A DNA stretch of 64,000 bases from a virus (taxonomy: Duplodnaviria > Heunggongvirae > Uroviricota > Caudoviricetes). Position numbers and translations under genes: made by a program. The number at the start of each line of letters is the position of its first letter. Within the stretch, counting starts at the first letter, position 1. Shown here piece by piece: positions 62,954 to 64,000 of the stretch. Location of the stretch: the IMG/VR virus record IMGVR_UViG_3300028591_000077; one strand, given 5' to 3'. The notes under the pieces are model-generated. The model was not told the DNA's origin. It saw only the letters and a list, made by a program, of their open reading frames with translations, and did no database searches.

Positions 62954-63724
62954 ATGGCAGAAGAAAGACAAACAAAGTACACAATTGCAGAAGGCTACGA
63001 ATTACCATCAAAAGGAAAAATTTATAATGTTCCTGTTGACCCACACGTAGAATTAAGAAGCATGACTGCAAGAGATGAGATGAAAAGATTATCTCCATCA
63101 TCTACTCAATTTAAAAAATTAGCAGATATCATTGAAGGCTGCATGATTGAAAAGCCTGCTGTTCATGTTTATGATATGGCTTTAGGAGATTATGAATTCT
63201 TACTTCACAAACTAAGAACAGTTACTTATGGGCCGGAATATAAAATGAATATTCAATGCACCCACTGCTATGAGACTTTTGAAGAAACTGCAAGCTTAGA
63301 ACAGTTACAAGTAATAGATTTCGATGAAGCTAAATTTAATTCATTAAGATCATTTAAGTTACCAGTGTCTGGCGACACAGTTAAAATTAGATTTCAAACT
63401 CCAAGAATGCTTGATGATATTGAACTACAAGTAAAAGAAGCTAAAAGAAAATTTAAGACTGCTGAAATTGATTTCGATACTATGTTTTTATTAAAAAACA
63501 CTATTGAAGAAGTTAATGGAACACCTCTTGATCCAACAAGCATGGAGACCTATATAAATAAGCTTCCAGCTAAGGATATGATGAAAATCTTAAATAATAT
63601 TAATGAACTAAACGGCTGTGTGGGATTAGATAGCACATTAGTAGTAGACTGCCCACATTGTGGAGGAGAGGTAAAAACGTTTTTTCGTTTTGGACCAGAG
63701 TTTTTTAGACCCTCAAACATATAA
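62954..63724 (+). CDS. Baseplate hub/tail assembly chaperone (gp26-like)
   Basis: LPSKGKIY, MTARDE, LRTVTYG, CTHC, CPHCG, FFRP. Confidence 0.75.
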   Translation: MAEERQTKYTIAEGYELPSKGKIYNVPVDPHVELRSMTARDEMKRLSPSSTQFKKLADIIEGCMIEKPAVHVYDMALGDYEFLLHKLRTVTYGPEYKMNIQCTHCYETFEETASLEQLQVIDFDEAKFNSLRSFKLPVSGDTVKIRFQTPRMLDDIELQVKEAKRKFKTAEIDFDTMFLLKNTIEEVNGTPLDPTSMETYINKLPAKDMMKILNNINELNGCVGLDSTLVVDCPHCGGEVKTFFRFGPEFFRPSNI

Positions 63725-63938
63725 AGACGGTCAACCTTACGGACCTAAACGATACAAGGAAATTGTTTATGAATGTTGGTATATTAGTGATCAATTGCAC
63801 ACAAGTTATGCAGATGTATTAGATTTAAGTTATCAAGAACGATTATACTTGATTGAATATATAAATGCTAAAGCAAGTGCTCAACAAAAAGCAATAGCAC
63901 AAATGCAACAAAACTTTGCAAACAAAAATCACAAGTAA
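63690..63938 (+). CDS. Tail assembly chaperone second part (gp51-like); start uncertain
   Basis: SYADVLDLSYQERLYLI; overlaps the upstream gene with no good RBS. Confidence 0.6.
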   Translation: MDQSFLDPQTYKDGQPYGPKRYKEIVYECWYISDQLHTSYADVLDLSYQERLYLIEYINAKASAQQKAIAQMQQNFANKNHK

Positions 63939-63960
63939 TTAAAATTCGGAGGAAAGCTGA

Positions 63961-64000
63961 ATGGCAGATGGTATTAGAGAATTTGGCAGTATAGGCGGTA
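63961..64000 (+). CDS. Start of next gene (possibly tape measure), truncated
   Basis: GGAGG RBS and ATG; function inferred from position only. Confidence 0.4.
   Translation, partial: MADGIREFGSIGG

Noticed and set aside
1-64000. tRNA genes including a TGA suppressor, rRNA, integrase or transposase
   Set aside because: Intergenic gaps are short, AT-rich and explained by terminators and promoters; no cloverleaf or recombinase motifs recognised by eye.

Overview
64 kb segment of a large, AT-rich, T4-like (contractile-tail) phage genome. All credible genes are on the + strand. It uses genetic code 4 (TGA=Trp): I count 27 in-frame TGA codons across 17 genes (terminase, portal, topoisomerase, SbcD, neck proteins, etc.), which the code-11 ORF track fragments or misses, and every real gene ends in TAA/TAG. 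Order: replication/recombination (DnaC-like loader, DnaB, primase, SSB, PolA, beta-clamp, RecU, RecA, gamma/delta'/delta clamp loader, Cas4-like nuclease, bS21, SbcD/SbcC); a candidate transcription module; pseudo-deformylase and TopA; a block of acidic proteins with a MoxR/peptidase/VWA triad and a nucleotidyltransferase; terminase-portal-protease/scaffold-major capsid; an AT-rich alditol-phosphate/glycosyltransferase cassette; neck, sheath, tube and tail-assembly genes. Two promoter-like motifs recur (GTATAATAWA and GCTAAATTA). Best candidate for an undescribed system: the cassette at 46.8-52.0 kb, where three unrelated consecutive enzymes all end in the same C-terminal YLYF-stop tag, visible only in code 4. 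This suggests a shared docking signal for a DNA- or virion-modification pathway. Functional calls rest on motifs recognised by eye, not database searches.
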